This document shows positions 1-9,237 of a stretch of 48,219 bases of DNA, one piece after another. The position numbers and the translations under genes were made by a program. Under the pieces are notes generated by a model, which had not been told where the DNA came from, searched no databases, and was given only the letters and a program-made list of their open reading frames with translations. The stretch is from Nitrospinaceae bacterium (GTDB taxonomy: Bacteria > Nitrospinota > Nitrospinia > Nitrospinales > VA-1): contig JBHHVU010000020.1 in the NCBI GenBank assembly GCA_046754465.1, positions 1-48,219 of the forward strand, given 5' to 3'. Position 1 is the stretch's first letter. Every line of letters begins with the position of its first letter.

Positions 1-291
<291 letters not shown>

Positions 292-376
292 CAAATCTCC
301 ATCCATTAACATAAAACATTATAACTTATGCGTTCTTCCTCTCCCTCAGGCCGGCCCCCATTATGGGGCTTCCGGG

Positions 377-643
377 TTACACGTCGATGACGTCGTCGTC
401 GCGGGAATGGGGTTCTCTATAGGGCTTGGGCTGGGACGATGGATGGTTGGACGTGCGGGTTCTCCACCGGGCTCTCTGGATGAAGCCCACGATGGATAGC
501 ACCGCTCCCGCCAGGAGGGCGATCATGAATACGGTGAACGCGAAAAAGAACAGCAGACAAAGGGTGACTATGATCCCCAGGATCAAAAATATCCGGTTCT
601 GGAGGGGTAAAGGTTTTATGCTCGTTGTTTGATAGATTGGCAT
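377..643 (-). CDS. Small membrane protein (2 TM, charged tail ending DDDVIDV)
   Basis: 88-aa ORF with a long hydrophobic segment and an acidic C-terminus. Confidence 0.65.
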   Translation of the reverse strand: MPIYQTTSIKPLPLQNRIFLILGIIVTLCLLFFFAFTVFMIALLAGAVLSIVGFIQRARWRTRTSNHPSSQPKPYREPHSRDDDVIDV

Positions 644-697
644 TGCTTTAGGCCGGGTTGGTGTTTTTTTTGTCCGCCTGGTTTGTTATGATGGGGC

Positions 698-913
698 ATG
701 GTCGATCTGCCTTTCATTATTTTACCCTGTCCTAGCTGCGGGGTCAAAAACCGGGTGCGCGGTTTTGACCCGGATTCCACCCCGGTGTGCGCTAAATGCA
801 AGACCCGGCTGTTGAGCCCGGATGAAAACGAGGTGCACGCGAAATACGGACGGTCCTTGAATAATTTTTTCGATTTGCCGGACCCGGAGGTGCGCCCGAA
901 GAAGGACGATTGA
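698..913 (+). CDS. Stand-alone zinc-ribbon protein (like the N-terminal Zn finger of thioredoxin 2)
   Basis: CPSCGVKNRV...PVCAKCKTRL: two CxxC pairs with the NRV motif of the TrxC Zn ribbon. No thioredoxin domain follows. Confidence 0.75.
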   Translation: MVDLPFIILPCPSCGVKNRVRGFDPDSTPVCAKCKTRLLSPDENEVHAKYGRSLNNFFDLPDPEVRPKKDD

Positions 914-973
914 CCGCCCCCCCTACGGGACAGGTTGACGTTTTAATTGGATTTGTTGGATTGAAAGGTTCTT

Positions 974-1264
974 ATGGATACTCCAGAAATGATTACCCGG
1001 TTTTTGAAGGACAAGCTGGATGCCCTGCACGTGGGCATCATCGATGAAAGTTATTTACACCGCGGCCACAAGGCCGCCGGCGGGGGAGGGCACTATAATA
1101 TCACGGTGGTTTCTCCCCAATTCGAGAACGTGAACCCCCTCGACCGGAGACGCATGGTTTACAGCGCCCTGGACGGCGCCATCAACGGTACTCCTAAATT
1201 GATCCACGCTCTGCAGATCAAGACTTACACCCCCGGTCAATGGCAGGAGGCGCAAGGGGCGTGA
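974..1264 (+). CDS. bolA: BolA family protein
   Basis: DESYLHRGH, GGHYNITVVSPQF, RRRMVYSAL and IHALQIKT motifs. Confidence 0.92.
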   Translation: MDTPEMITRFLKDKLDALHVGIIDESYLHRGHKAAGGGGHYNITVVSPQFENVNPLDRRRMVYSALDGAINGTPKLIHALQIKTYTPGQWQEAQGA

Positions 1265-1289
1265 CGCCCGGTCTCCGGGTCCTCTCTGT

Positions 1290-1769
1290 TTATTCCCTGT
1301 ATATTTCCAATTCTTCGCAGTTCTTGAGGTTTTCCGATTCGGTCAGGGCTTTGTAACCGTTGCTGGTGATCTGGTTTTTATACAGGTCCAGCTTGAGGTA
1401 TTTCTTGCTCTGCTCGGATTCCGCGAATGCTTTGGCACCCGCGTCACCGATAGCATTCCCGAACATGCTGAGGTTGGTGAGTTTGGGCAGCCTGCTGGAT
1501 TGGGCGATGGCGATGGCGCCGTCGTCGCCGATTTCGTTATGGTTTAAGTTCAGGTGCTCCAGGCTTCCCAGGTAGGGGGAGTTCGCCAGAGCTTCCGCGC
1601 CCTCGTCGCTTGCTTGATTGCTTGGAAGAACCAGTGTTTTGATTTGGGCGAGGATCGGATTTTGGGCCAGCTGCATCAATCCCCGAACCCCAAGAAATTT
1701 TTCACGCAGGGCCAGGACCTCTCCGTTCTCGGTTAAATTTTCCTTGATCAAATCGTCGATTCTGCTCAT
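1290..1769 (-). CDS. Leucine-rich repeat protein (GALA/RI-like, about 28-aa repeats)
   Basis: Repeats of LxxLxLxxNxIGDxGAxAxA. GGAGG RBS upstream. Confidence 0.85.
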   Translation of the reverse strand: MSRIDDLIKENLTENGEVLALREKFLGVRGLMQLAQNPILAQIKTLVLPSNQASDEGAEALANSPYLGSLEHLNLNHNEIGDDGAIAIAQSSRLPKLTNLSMFGNAIGDAGAKAFAESEQSKKYLKLDLYKNQITSNGYKALTESENLKNCEELEIYRE

Positions 1770-1914
1770 TCCGGCCTCCGGATTATCGTTTGACTCCCCT
1801 ATCGCATGAAAGGGATTTATTTTTGGTTTGGGTGTTCTTATCTTATCAGATAATGTCCCATGGCGACCGGTTTTTGCCAGGAAAATTTTTTGGACAGGGG
1901 TTTAAGGAGGGATG

Positions 1915-1945
1915 AAAAAAGCCGGTCCCAAGGGAACCGGCTTTT
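1915..1945 (-). terminator. Rho-independent terminator after the cytochrome operon
   Basis: Minus strand gccggttccc-tt-gggaccggc hairpin followed by a T6 run. The A/T flanks would allow bidirectional use. Confidence 0.8.
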
Positions 1946-1976
1946 AATTTATGGTCAAACCACCCGGGAAAAATCT

Positions 1977-3287
1977 TCAGAGTAGGGGATCGAGAAAGAG
2001 TCCTTCCTTTTTCCAGCTTTCGATTTCTTCCTTGGTGGGAACGGGTGGAATGGGTTTTTTCTCTTTTCTTTTTTCCAGGGGATCGTGAAAGGTTCGCGCA
2101 TAGGCCTCGGCTTTCCACAAATAGAGATGGGGAAAGATGGTACCCCAGGGGGCCATGGGCGTCCCCACCACTCCGCGGGTGACCCGTTTGTACCACAGCC
2201 AGTCGGGCCAGTCCTTGAGGGGTTTTTCCAAATGGTCGGGCATTTTAGTCGTGTCGATTTTATCGGGATTCCGGAAATCCAGCGCCCCGGTCATGATGGG
2301 AACGCCGTCCTTGCCGTGGCAAACGGAGCAGTTCAATCCCTCGGTGGCGGGTTCCCTCCCTTCAAAAACGACTTGCCCCTCGGAGACGATTTTGGGATCG
2401 TCCCACCAGGTCCACTGCTTTCCCAATTTGCCTTCCACGGGGATATGGGTGGGATCTCTCAACGTTTTTAAATAGGAGACCAGGGCACTCAACTCATCGT
2501 CACTGAGGTCATCCCCGTAATAGGTGGGCATGGCCTTTTTGGATTTGGGGTCATCGAATCCGGGGGCCTGTTTCTCCCTCGGTTTGAGAATTTGTCCTTT
2601 AATATAATCCTCGGGGTACAAACCGATTTGTTTGGTCCCCAGGTTGGGCCCGCGGTCGGAGTTTCCTTCCCAGAAGACCTTGTGACAGTTGAAGCATTTG
2701 TTTTGTTCGAAAACTTCTCTTCCCGCCTGGATCACCTCTGGGCCGGCAAGACCGCTCAACTTTATCGGGGGTCTATTCAGTTTGTCGATTTCGACCTGGG
2801 GGTTGAATTGGGGAAGTTGGGCGGTGATGACAATAAAAAGGACCGACGCGAGAGCGTAGGTTGTGATCAGGCGGCGGACCCAGGCCCCCTTGGACGCTTC
2901 GGGTTTCAATGAGCGCAAATCGAGGAGGATGAAAAAGGCCAGGCCCACGATGGAAAAGGTGACAAATTCAATTTGCCACCAGATGGGGAAACCATAGTAA
3001 CCGGAGACAAACCAGATAATGATTCCGAGAATAAAAATGACCGGAACCTTGAATTTTAAATTCTGGAAAAAGCTCTTCTCCTGAAACTGACTCATGGATA
3101 ACGCCAAAAGGATGGCATACACCATGGCGATTAAAATTATGGCGGTCACGCCTTTTTTGACGCCGGGGGCCAGGCCTAAAGCGCCTCCACCGAACCAAGC
3201 GATCAGGGCAAAAATAAGTCCGATAGGTACGATCTTGCCCAGTTTCTGCACAAAGGATTTTTGTTGCATTCCTGCGCTCCTACTCAT
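1977..3287 (-). CDS. Membrane-anchored diheme cytochrome c
   Basis: About 5 N-terminal TM helices. Two CxxCH motifs (CFNCH, CSVCH) with candidate distal Met (AMP, PMAPW). Starts 3 bp after the bd-like oxidase gene. Confidence 0.88.
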   Translation of the reverse strand: MSRSAGMQQKSFVQKLGKIVPIGLIFALIAWFGGGALGLAPGVKKGVTAIILIAMVYAILLALSMSQFQEKSFFQNLKFKVPVIFILGIIIWFVSGYYGFPIWWQIEFVTFSIVGLAFFILLDLRSLKPEASKGAWVRRLITTYALASVLFIVITAQLPQFNPQVEIDKLNRPPIKLSGLAGPEVIQAGREVFEQNKCFNCHKVFWEGNSDRGPNLGTKQIGLYPEDYIKGQILKPREKQAPGFDDPKSKKAMPTYYGDDLSDDELSALVSYLKTLRDPTHIPVEGKLGKQWTWWDDPKIVSEGQVVFEGREPATEGLNCSVCHGKDGVPIMTGALDFRNPDKIDTTKMPDHLEKPLKDWPDWLWYKRVTRGVVGTPMAPWGTIFPHLYLWKAEAYARTFHDPLEKRKEKKPIPPVPTKEEIESWKKEGLFLDPLL

Positions 3288-3290
3288 TGA

Positions 3291-5393
3291 TTATTCCGCC
3301 ATTTGCGGCGTGGCTTGTTCCGGAAGGGCTTCCGGCTTTTTCCTGGTTTTGGGATATTTGATCGCAAGCCAGATGGTCGCGGTCATGATCAAAAAGAACG
3401 TCCACACAATGGTGGTGACGAAAAATCCGGAATCCCCCAAGGTGGGGGTGAATTTTTCCGGAGTAATATCTTTGAATACCTTATAAATATGCCAATTCAT
3501 CCGGGACAGTTCACGGATGGTGCCCATCCAGCTCATCAGCCAGATATCGGAAAATCCAAGAAAAATCAGAACGTAAACGCCCATGGGATTGATTTTCCCA
3601 TAATGGACTTTCCCCGTTTTCGTGGCGATGGTGTAAAAAATGTAATTGATGAAGGTTACGGTGACCAGGGTGAATGCGGCGGTATTCTTGGATATCATCA
3701 GGGCCAGGAAGGCCAGGTTGTCTGGCAACACCATATCGGGATTCATTCCGGGTTCGGGAAGCATGGTGGCAAAGAAGCGCCGCGGGGTGAACCAAATGGA
3801 TGCGGAAAGGATAATGAGTATGAATCCGAACTTCATCGCGGGAAAGAACCGTTGGGCGTTTTCGATCCGTTTCATGCTGACCCACATATAAATATTGCTG
3901 GCGCTGAACATGATGCCGACCAGCAAGCCTTGAACCAGCATGAACATGGATTCGCGGTCGGACATGATATACATGCCGATGGTGGCGTCGTATTCGTAGA
4001 TTTCGCGGACGAAGATATACCCCATCGCCGGCAGGGGAATCATGATGCCGACGCCGATGATATTCCCCATGTAGCCGACCCAGTCGTAATATTCCTTTTC
4101 CTCTTTGTTGGAGGACCAAAGGTACATGTAAGCCCCGATGATCGCCACCATGTATCCGCCAAACGTTCCGTTCCCCACCAGCCGGTGATAATTGAGCGGC
4201 ATCCAGGTATTGGTGGCGATACGGGCGAATTCGCTGATGTTCTGGAGATCCCCAAGGGGTTTGGGCGGGGTCTGCATGAACGTGGCGGGTCCATCCAGGG
4301 CGCACAGCAGGGACAACCCCAGGACGTTGAGAATGACCCCGGTGACGATATGCCTGCCCTTTTTATTTTGCTGGTTGAGGGGATCCCATGAGTACACATA
4401 GATGTACATGACGATGGTTTCCAATATGAACAGGGTGGGGTAGCCCACCATGAACAGCATCGGAAACGATGACACCAGGTAGGTGATGAAGTCCTTATAT
4501 AGGACCAGCATCACAAAGAGGAACAATCCGCCGGACACCGCCGTGAAACTGTAACAGATGCCGATGACTTTGGTGATTTCATGAGCCAGCCGCTCGAATT
4601 TGAAGTCGGCCTTGGCGAACATGATCATATTTGCTAGGACTCCACCCGCCAATCCATTGACCAGGGCGAGGATCAAACCGGAGGTTTCGAGATGTTCGAC
4701 CGGAACCAGGGGAATGGCGATGACCGTGCCGAATATGGCGGCGACCAGGCCGGAGGCCTTGACGTTCATCAAGCGGTGAAAATAATTGATGAAACTGACG
4801 ATGAGCGCACCGAAAGCACACGAGTACAATCCGTAAAGGACGCCGTGGTGGATTCCGATGATGATTTCGCCGACGATTCCAATGACGGTTCCTATCAGGA
4901 TTCCCAGAAAAACATTTGACAGGATGATCGCTTTCCGGACGCCCTGGGTCCGGCGCGCGCCCATGACCTCCATTATGACGACGAACATGGGGCAGCCCAG
5001 GATGAACGACGCGAAAAGGATATGCATCTGGGCGGCAAACCAGGTGAACTTGCGGTTGCTGAGTCCAAAAAATGAGAAGGGCTTAAATTCGGTTTCCTTG
5101 GCAAGCCCGATGTCGGTTTTCCAGGAATCATCTTCCTCTTCGGCTTTTTCTTCATCGCCTTCCTCGGCTTCTTCCTCATCTCCCTCTTCGATATCCCCGA
5201 AATCCTCGAAATCCTCGAAATCTTCCGAGTCCTCTTCCTGGGCGTAGGCCAGGGAGGGACCGGCAAAACCGACGGCTGCTTGAGAAGGGGCTAAAATTGC
5301 CGGGACCGTATGAACCAGGAAATAGGCAAGGACGAGGGCAAAAACCGCTTTCATGAGCGATGATGATTTTCTAGGGGTACCAGAATTATCCAT
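3291..5393 (-). CDS. Cytochrome bd-like oxidase subunit I (CydA-like, Nitrospira/Nitrospina type)
   Basis: QMHILFASF (H19-like), LFILETIVMYIY, FMQTP, WMPLNYHRLVGN (H186-like), WMGTIRELSRMNW (GWxxxExGRQPW-like). ATG at 5393 has an AAGGGA RBS. No cydB nearby. Confidence 0.85.
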   Translation of the reverse strand: MDNSGTPRKSSSLMKAVFALVLAYFLVHTVPAILAPSQAAVGFAGPSLAYAQEEDSEDFEDFEDFGDIEEGDEEEAEEGDEEKAEEEDDSWKTDIGLAKETEFKPFSFFGLSNRKFTWFAAQMHILFASFILGCPMFVVIMEVMGARRTQGVRKAIILSNVFLGILIGTVIGIVGEIIIGIHHGVLYGLYSCAFGALIVSFINYFHRLMNVKASGLVAAIFGTVIAIPLVPVEHLETSGLILALVNGLAGGVLANMIMFAKADFKFERLAHEITKVIGICYSFTAVSGGLFLFVMLVLYKDFITYLVSSFPMLFMVGYPTLFILETIVMYIYVYSWDPLNQQNKKGRHIVTGVILNVLGLSLLCALDGPATFMQTPPKPLGDLQNISEFARIATNTWMPLNYHRLVGNGTFGGYMVAIIGAYMYLWSSNKEEKEYYDWVGYMGNIIGVGIMIPLPAMGYIFVREIYEYDATIGMYIMSDRESMFMLVQGLLVGIMFSASNIYMWVSMKRIENAQRFFPAMKFGFILIILSASIWFTPRRFFATMLPEPGMNPDMVLPDNLAFLALMISKNTAAFTLVTVTFINYIFYTIATKTGKVHYGKINPMGVYVLIFLGFSDIWLMSWMGTIRELSRMNWHIYKVFKDITPEKFTPTLGDSGFFVTTIVWTFFLIMTATIWLAIKYPKTRKKPEALPEQATPQMAE

Positions 5394-5744
5394 TACGGGC
5401 TCCCTTAAAAGCCAAAGCTGGGAAATAAAATAATTGAAAAGTGTTATTTTTAAATCATATTTTTTTTGAAACAAGGCTAAGGATTGATCCAAGATGAAAT
5501 TTTACATCAACCGGGCGGCTGGGCAAAAATAAAATCCGATATCGGTGAATATCCCGTTCGTGTCGTTCTAAAAATAGTTAACTTTTGCTGTAAACTAATG
5601 CCTTACGGGCTTCAAAGATGTAGAGAAATATCATAGAGGTTGGGTAAAGTCAAGGGAATTAAAGTCATAAAAACGTTATGTTTGCTGGCTTTGGGGAGGG
5701 GGGGGCGGCTGGGGTTGACTTTGTAAAAAAGGGGGGAAATTTTT

Positions 5745-5960
5745 TCAGGGTGGGGAGGAATCGTCCTTGGAGGCGGAGTAATTCGCGGAATCCAGGGGCA
5801 TGATAAGGACCCCGAACCCCATGGCGGTGAAAAAGATGGAAGCCAGGCCCACGAAAATCCGCGGCCATTGGCTGGAAATATGGGCGACCGAATATACGAA
5901 CAGAAATCCGCCAAGGGTCATCAGAATCAGACCGGTGACTCGAATGGCCCATTTACTCAT
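5745..5960 (-). CDS. Small 2-TM membrane protein
   Basis: 71-aa ORF with two hydrophobic helices. Overlaps the stop of the upstream gene. Confidence 0.65.
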   Translation of the reverse strand: MSKWAIRVTGLILMTLGGFLFVYSVAHISSQWPRIFVGLASIFFTAMGFGVLIMPLDSANYSASKDDSSPP

Positions 5961-6243
5961 TATCGAAATCCTCGATTTGCAACGCTTTTTTCCTGCGGTC
6001 GATCAGAATCAGGTTGCGGATATAAATAATGGATCCCACGCTTTGTCCCAAGATGAATACCGGATCTTGCCGGTGGATGGAATAGGCCAGCAACACCAGG
6101 CTTCCTCCAATACTAAAATACCAGAAGGCCAGGGGGATGGTGCTTTCCTTGCGTTTTTCGGAAACGATCCATTGAACCAGAAACCGCATGAAAAAGCAGG
6201 TTTGTCCAACCAAACCAATGATTACCCAGTGGGTGGCCGTCAT
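5953..6243 (-). CDS. Lipid A biosynthesis N-terminal (LAB_N) domain protein
   Basis: GLVGQTCFFMRFLVQWIVSE, PLAFWYFSIGG, DPVFILGQ and YIRNL motifs. Confidence 0.9.
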   Translation of the reverse strand: MTATHWVIIGLVGQTCFFMRFLVQWIVSEKRKESTIPLAFWYFSIGGSLVLLAYSIHRQDPVFILGQSVGSIIYIRNLILIDRRKKALQIEDFDNE

Positions 6244-6987
6244 TTAATCCTCCTCGATAATATCATAATTCAATTGCCTTCGTTTCATCCAGCGAATGAC
6301 CAGGAGGTCCAGAAAAGAAGAAAACAGGCGGTTGCGGATATTGTATTTGGACTGACCGTGAAGACGAGGATGATGGCTGACCTTCACTTCCGTGACCTTG
6401 AACCCATCCATTTTCATCAGGGTGGGGAAGAACCGGTGCATTCCTTTATAAATTTTTATGCCGTCGAAACAAGTCTTGCGGAACGCCTTGAGCGAGCAGC
6501 CGGTATCGGCGATGTTCTCCTCGCTCAAATTGTTGCGGACGGCGTTGGCGATTCTGGATGAAATTTTGCGGATCCAGGGGTCGTTGCGTTCATGCCGCCA
6601 GCCGCAGACCACGTCATAGTCCCCGATCTTTTCCAGCAACAGCGGAATGTCGGCGGGGTTGTTTTGCAGGTCGGCATCCATGGTGACGATCACCTTTCCC
6701 CGTGCCGCCTTGAATCCGGCCGCAAACGCGGCGGATTGCCCGTGGTTGTGTCCGAAACGAATCAGGCGAATTCGGGGGTTATGCTTTTTCAAGGCGCGGA
6801 CCAGGCCCGCGCTGCCATCCTCGCTTCCATCGTCCACGAATAGGATCTCGTAAGGCCGATTCAGCGGGGAGAGGTGCTGTTCCAATCCTTCTTCGAGAAA
6901 CACCAGGTTTTCCCTTTCGTTATATACAGGGATGACAATGGAAAGTTCAAGGGGACCTGTTTGGGGCTCGTGTTTATCAGAGTTCAT
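6244..6987 (-). CDS. GT2 glycosyltransferase (polyprenyl-phosphate glycosyltransferase/DPM-synthase-like)
   Basis: LSIVIPVYNE, VDDGSEDGS, GQSAAFAAG, MDADLQN, DTGCSLKAF and HRFFP motifs. Start placed at ATG 6987. Confidence 0.92.
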   Translation of the reverse strand: MNSDKHEPQTGPLELSIVIPVYNERENLVFLEEGLEQHLSPLNRPYEILFVDDGSEDGSAGLVRALKKHNPRIRLIRFGHNHGQSAAFAAGFKAARGKVIVTMDADLQNNPADIPLLLEKIGDYDVVCGWRHERNDPWIRKISSRIANAVRNNLSEENIADTGCSLKAFRKTCFDGIKIYKGMHRFFPTLMKMDGFKVTEVKVSHHPRLHGQSKYNIRNRLFSSFLDLLVIRWMKRRQLNYDIIEED

Positions 6988-7012
6988 TAATGATGGATCC
7001 TGGTTGATCGGT

Positions 7013-8068
7013 TCATTGGGGAGTTGGAAGGGAGACCGGGGAGGATTGCGCCGCCAGTTGGCCGCAAGCGCCCAGGATATCGGCGCCACGGTTTTTGCGG
7101 ATGAACGCGGAATAGTGCCTGGAAATGAGGTGATTCTGGAAAGAGAGAACCCGTTCTTCCGAAGGCGCCCGGTACTCCCGGGAAAAGCTGGGGTTGAATG
7201 GAATTAGATTAATCTTGCAGGGAATGCCCCTCAGTAACCGCGCCAGCCGTTTGGCGTCTGCGTCACCGTCGTTGATTCCGGCGAGAAGCACATATTCGAA
7301 GGTCAACCGCCGCGTGGGTTTTAAAGGATAATCCCGGAGGCAGGCCAGAAGGGTTTCGATAGGATATTTTTTATTGATGGGCATGATCCTGTCGCGGGTG
7401 GCGTTGTCGGTTGCGTTTAAGGAAATGGCGAGATTCACTGGAAGGTTTTCGTTCTGGAATGCCTTGATTTTGTCAACCAGGCCGGAAGTGGATACGGTAA
7501 TTTTTCGGGTGGAAATCCGCATGGCTTCCGGGGATATCATGAGCCGGAGAGCGTCAACGAGGGCGTTGAAATTGTCCAGGGGTTCCCCCATTCCCATGAT
7601 CACTACGTTGGTGACCCGGTCCGATTCCGAAAGGTCCTCGTTGACGCGTAAATATTGGCCGACGATCTCGCTGGCGGTCAAATTTCTTTTCAAGCCCAAG
7701 GTGGCGGTTTGACAAAAAGAACAGGCCAGGCGGCATCCCACCTGGGTGGAAATACAGAGCGTTTTTCGTGGGCCGGCTGGCATCCAGACGCTTTCAATGG
7801 CGGCCCCGTCTTCCATCTCCATTAGGTATTTGATCGAACCATCCCGGGAAGAGGCCTTGTCCACAACACGGGGCAGGGAAATCCGGAAGGTCTCCCGCAA
7901 CCGGTTTCTCAAATCCTTGGAGAGATTGGTCATCTGGCCGAAATCCCGGGCGCCGTGATGGTAGACCCAGTTGAAAATCTGATAAACCCGGTAAGGTTGG
8001 ATTTCCCAATGAGAAAAAATTTCCAGGAGTTTTTTTTCGGGGGCGCCGATTAAATTTTCCATTCCCAT
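7013..8068 (-). CDS. rlmN: 23S rRNA/tRNA m2A methyltransferase RlmN
   Basis: CISTQVGCRLACSFC radical SAM motif, MGMGEPL and GACGQL. Confidence 0.96.
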   Translation of the reverse strand: MGMENLIGAPEKKLLEIFSHWEIQPYRVYQIFNWVYHHGARDFGQMTNLSKDLRNRLRETFRISLPRVVDKASSRDGSIKYLMEMEDGAAIESVWMPAGPRKTLCISTQVGCRLACSFCQTATLGLKRNLTASEIVGQYLRVNEDLSESDRVTNVVIMGMGEPLDNFNALVDALRLMISPEAMRISTRKITVSTSGLVDKIKAFQNENLPVNLAISLNATDNATRDRIMPINKKYPIETLLACLRDYPLKPTRRLTFEYVLLAGINDGDADAKRLARLLRGIPCKINLIPFNPSFSREYRAPSEERVLSFQNHLISRHYSAFIRKNRGADILGACGQLAAQSSPVSLPTPQ

Positions 8069-8379
8069 CGAGGTAAAAAAGAGTTATATTGTTCGGGCGT
8101 AATCCGTCTGATACGCGAAGGGTTCCATTTGCGGTCAGCCAAATCTTGTAGGCCCATGGAGGAGGCCACCCGGTATTTTTTTCCCACGCCTTCTCTTCCT
8201 TTCAACGCGGCACTCGCCTTAACCTACTGTTTTTAAACCTTTTATATTCTTTCAAGGATTTCCGGTACGTTTTCCCTAAAAAACCCCTAACCCAGCCAGA
8301 ATCGTTTTATCCCATTGAAAAATAAGCCTTTAACAATTTCCCTTCTTCCGTGGCACAAATCATGAATTGTTTAATGACC

Positions 8380-9228
8380 ATGAAATTGTCCGATTGTTAC
8401 AGGATATTAAATGTTTCTCCCCATGTGAAGTGGGAAGAAATCAAAAAATCCTACCACGTTCTTGCCCACCGCTATCATCCCGACTTGCACCCCGGCAACC
8501 TGAAGTATGAGTCCAAATTCAAGGAAATCACCCTGGCTTTCAAAATCCTTGAAACGCATTTCCAGACTCGCAATCCTTCCGCGAAAGGGGAGATTCCCCG
8601 TCAATATAATATTCGCCCGGAACCGTCGGCTATGGAAGGAAATTCCCACCCTATCCAGGCGTCCCCGTTGGAAAATTCGGAGATCGATCTTCCCGATTCG
8701 ATACTGGAACCCTCCCGGCGGAAAAGGGGAATCGGGTATTGGTCCCGGAAGCTGCAGGAAATTCTCATGGAATACGAGAGAAAAATCTTTTTGCTGGATA
8801 TCAAAAAAGAAATCCGTATCGATTCCGCCACCATGGCGCATGGGGGGGTGGTCCGGGTGCGAAAGGGAAAAGAGAGCTTTCAGGTCAAAATCCCTTCAGG
8901 GTCCTGGAGACGCATGGCCCTGAGAATTCCCGAAAAAGGGGAGCCCAGCCTCTTTGGCAAAAAACGCGGGGACCTGCTTCTCAACATCCACGTCACCCAG
9001 TCCAACGATGTTCATATCGGCGATTCCATGTTTTTTTATGATATTAAAGTCCCAAGGAACAAAATCCTCGGGAGCAGGGTCCTCACACTGGATTCCGTTC
9101 ATGGTCCCATCAAATTCATTCTTCCCCGGAATACGGAGGACGGTCAGGCGTTTGTCTTGAAATCCAAGTCCCGCCCCAAGGCCTCCCGGTACATCAGTCA
9201 CATCGTGACCATCCATTTCACCGGATGA
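8380..9228 (+). CDS. DnaJ-domain protein (J domain plus divergent DnaJ_C, CbpA-like)
   Basis: YRILNVS...YHPDLHP...FKEITLAFKIL J domain with HPD. GDLLLNIHV C-terminal motif. No Zn finger. Start uncertain (8350-8380). Confidence 0.85.
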   Translation: MKLSDCYRILNVSPHVKWEEIKKSYHVLAHRYHPDLHPGNLKYESKFKEITLAFKILETHFQTRNPSAKGEIPRQYNIRPEPSAMEGNSHPIQASPLENSEIDLPDSILEPSRRKRGIGYWSRKLQEILMEYERKIFLLDIKKEIRIDSATMAHGGVVRVRKGKESFQVKIPSGSWRRMALRIPEKGEPSLFGKKRGDLLLNIHVTQSNDVHIGDSMFFYDIKVPRNKILGSRVLTLDSVHGPIKFILPRNTEDGQAFVLKSKSRPKASRYISHIVTIHFTG

Positions 9229-9237
9229 CTATCGGGT

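Noticed and set aside
3303..4391. Long antisense ORFs (also 24922-25860, 29543-30439, 41991-42872, 46415-47281 and others)
   Set aside because: They are shadows of well-supported genes on the opposite strand and carry no motifs.
5394..5492. N-terminal extensions from the ORF track (oxidase, GT2, typA, HEPN, fabD)
   Set aside because: Downstream ATGs fit the family N-termini or RBS better, and the extensions run into intergenic DNA or neighbouring genes.
8351..8366. Sigma54-like TGGCAC-N-TGA upstream of the DnaJ-domain gene
   Set aside because: The -12 element is GA rather than GC and it sits too close to the start codon. Support is insufficient.
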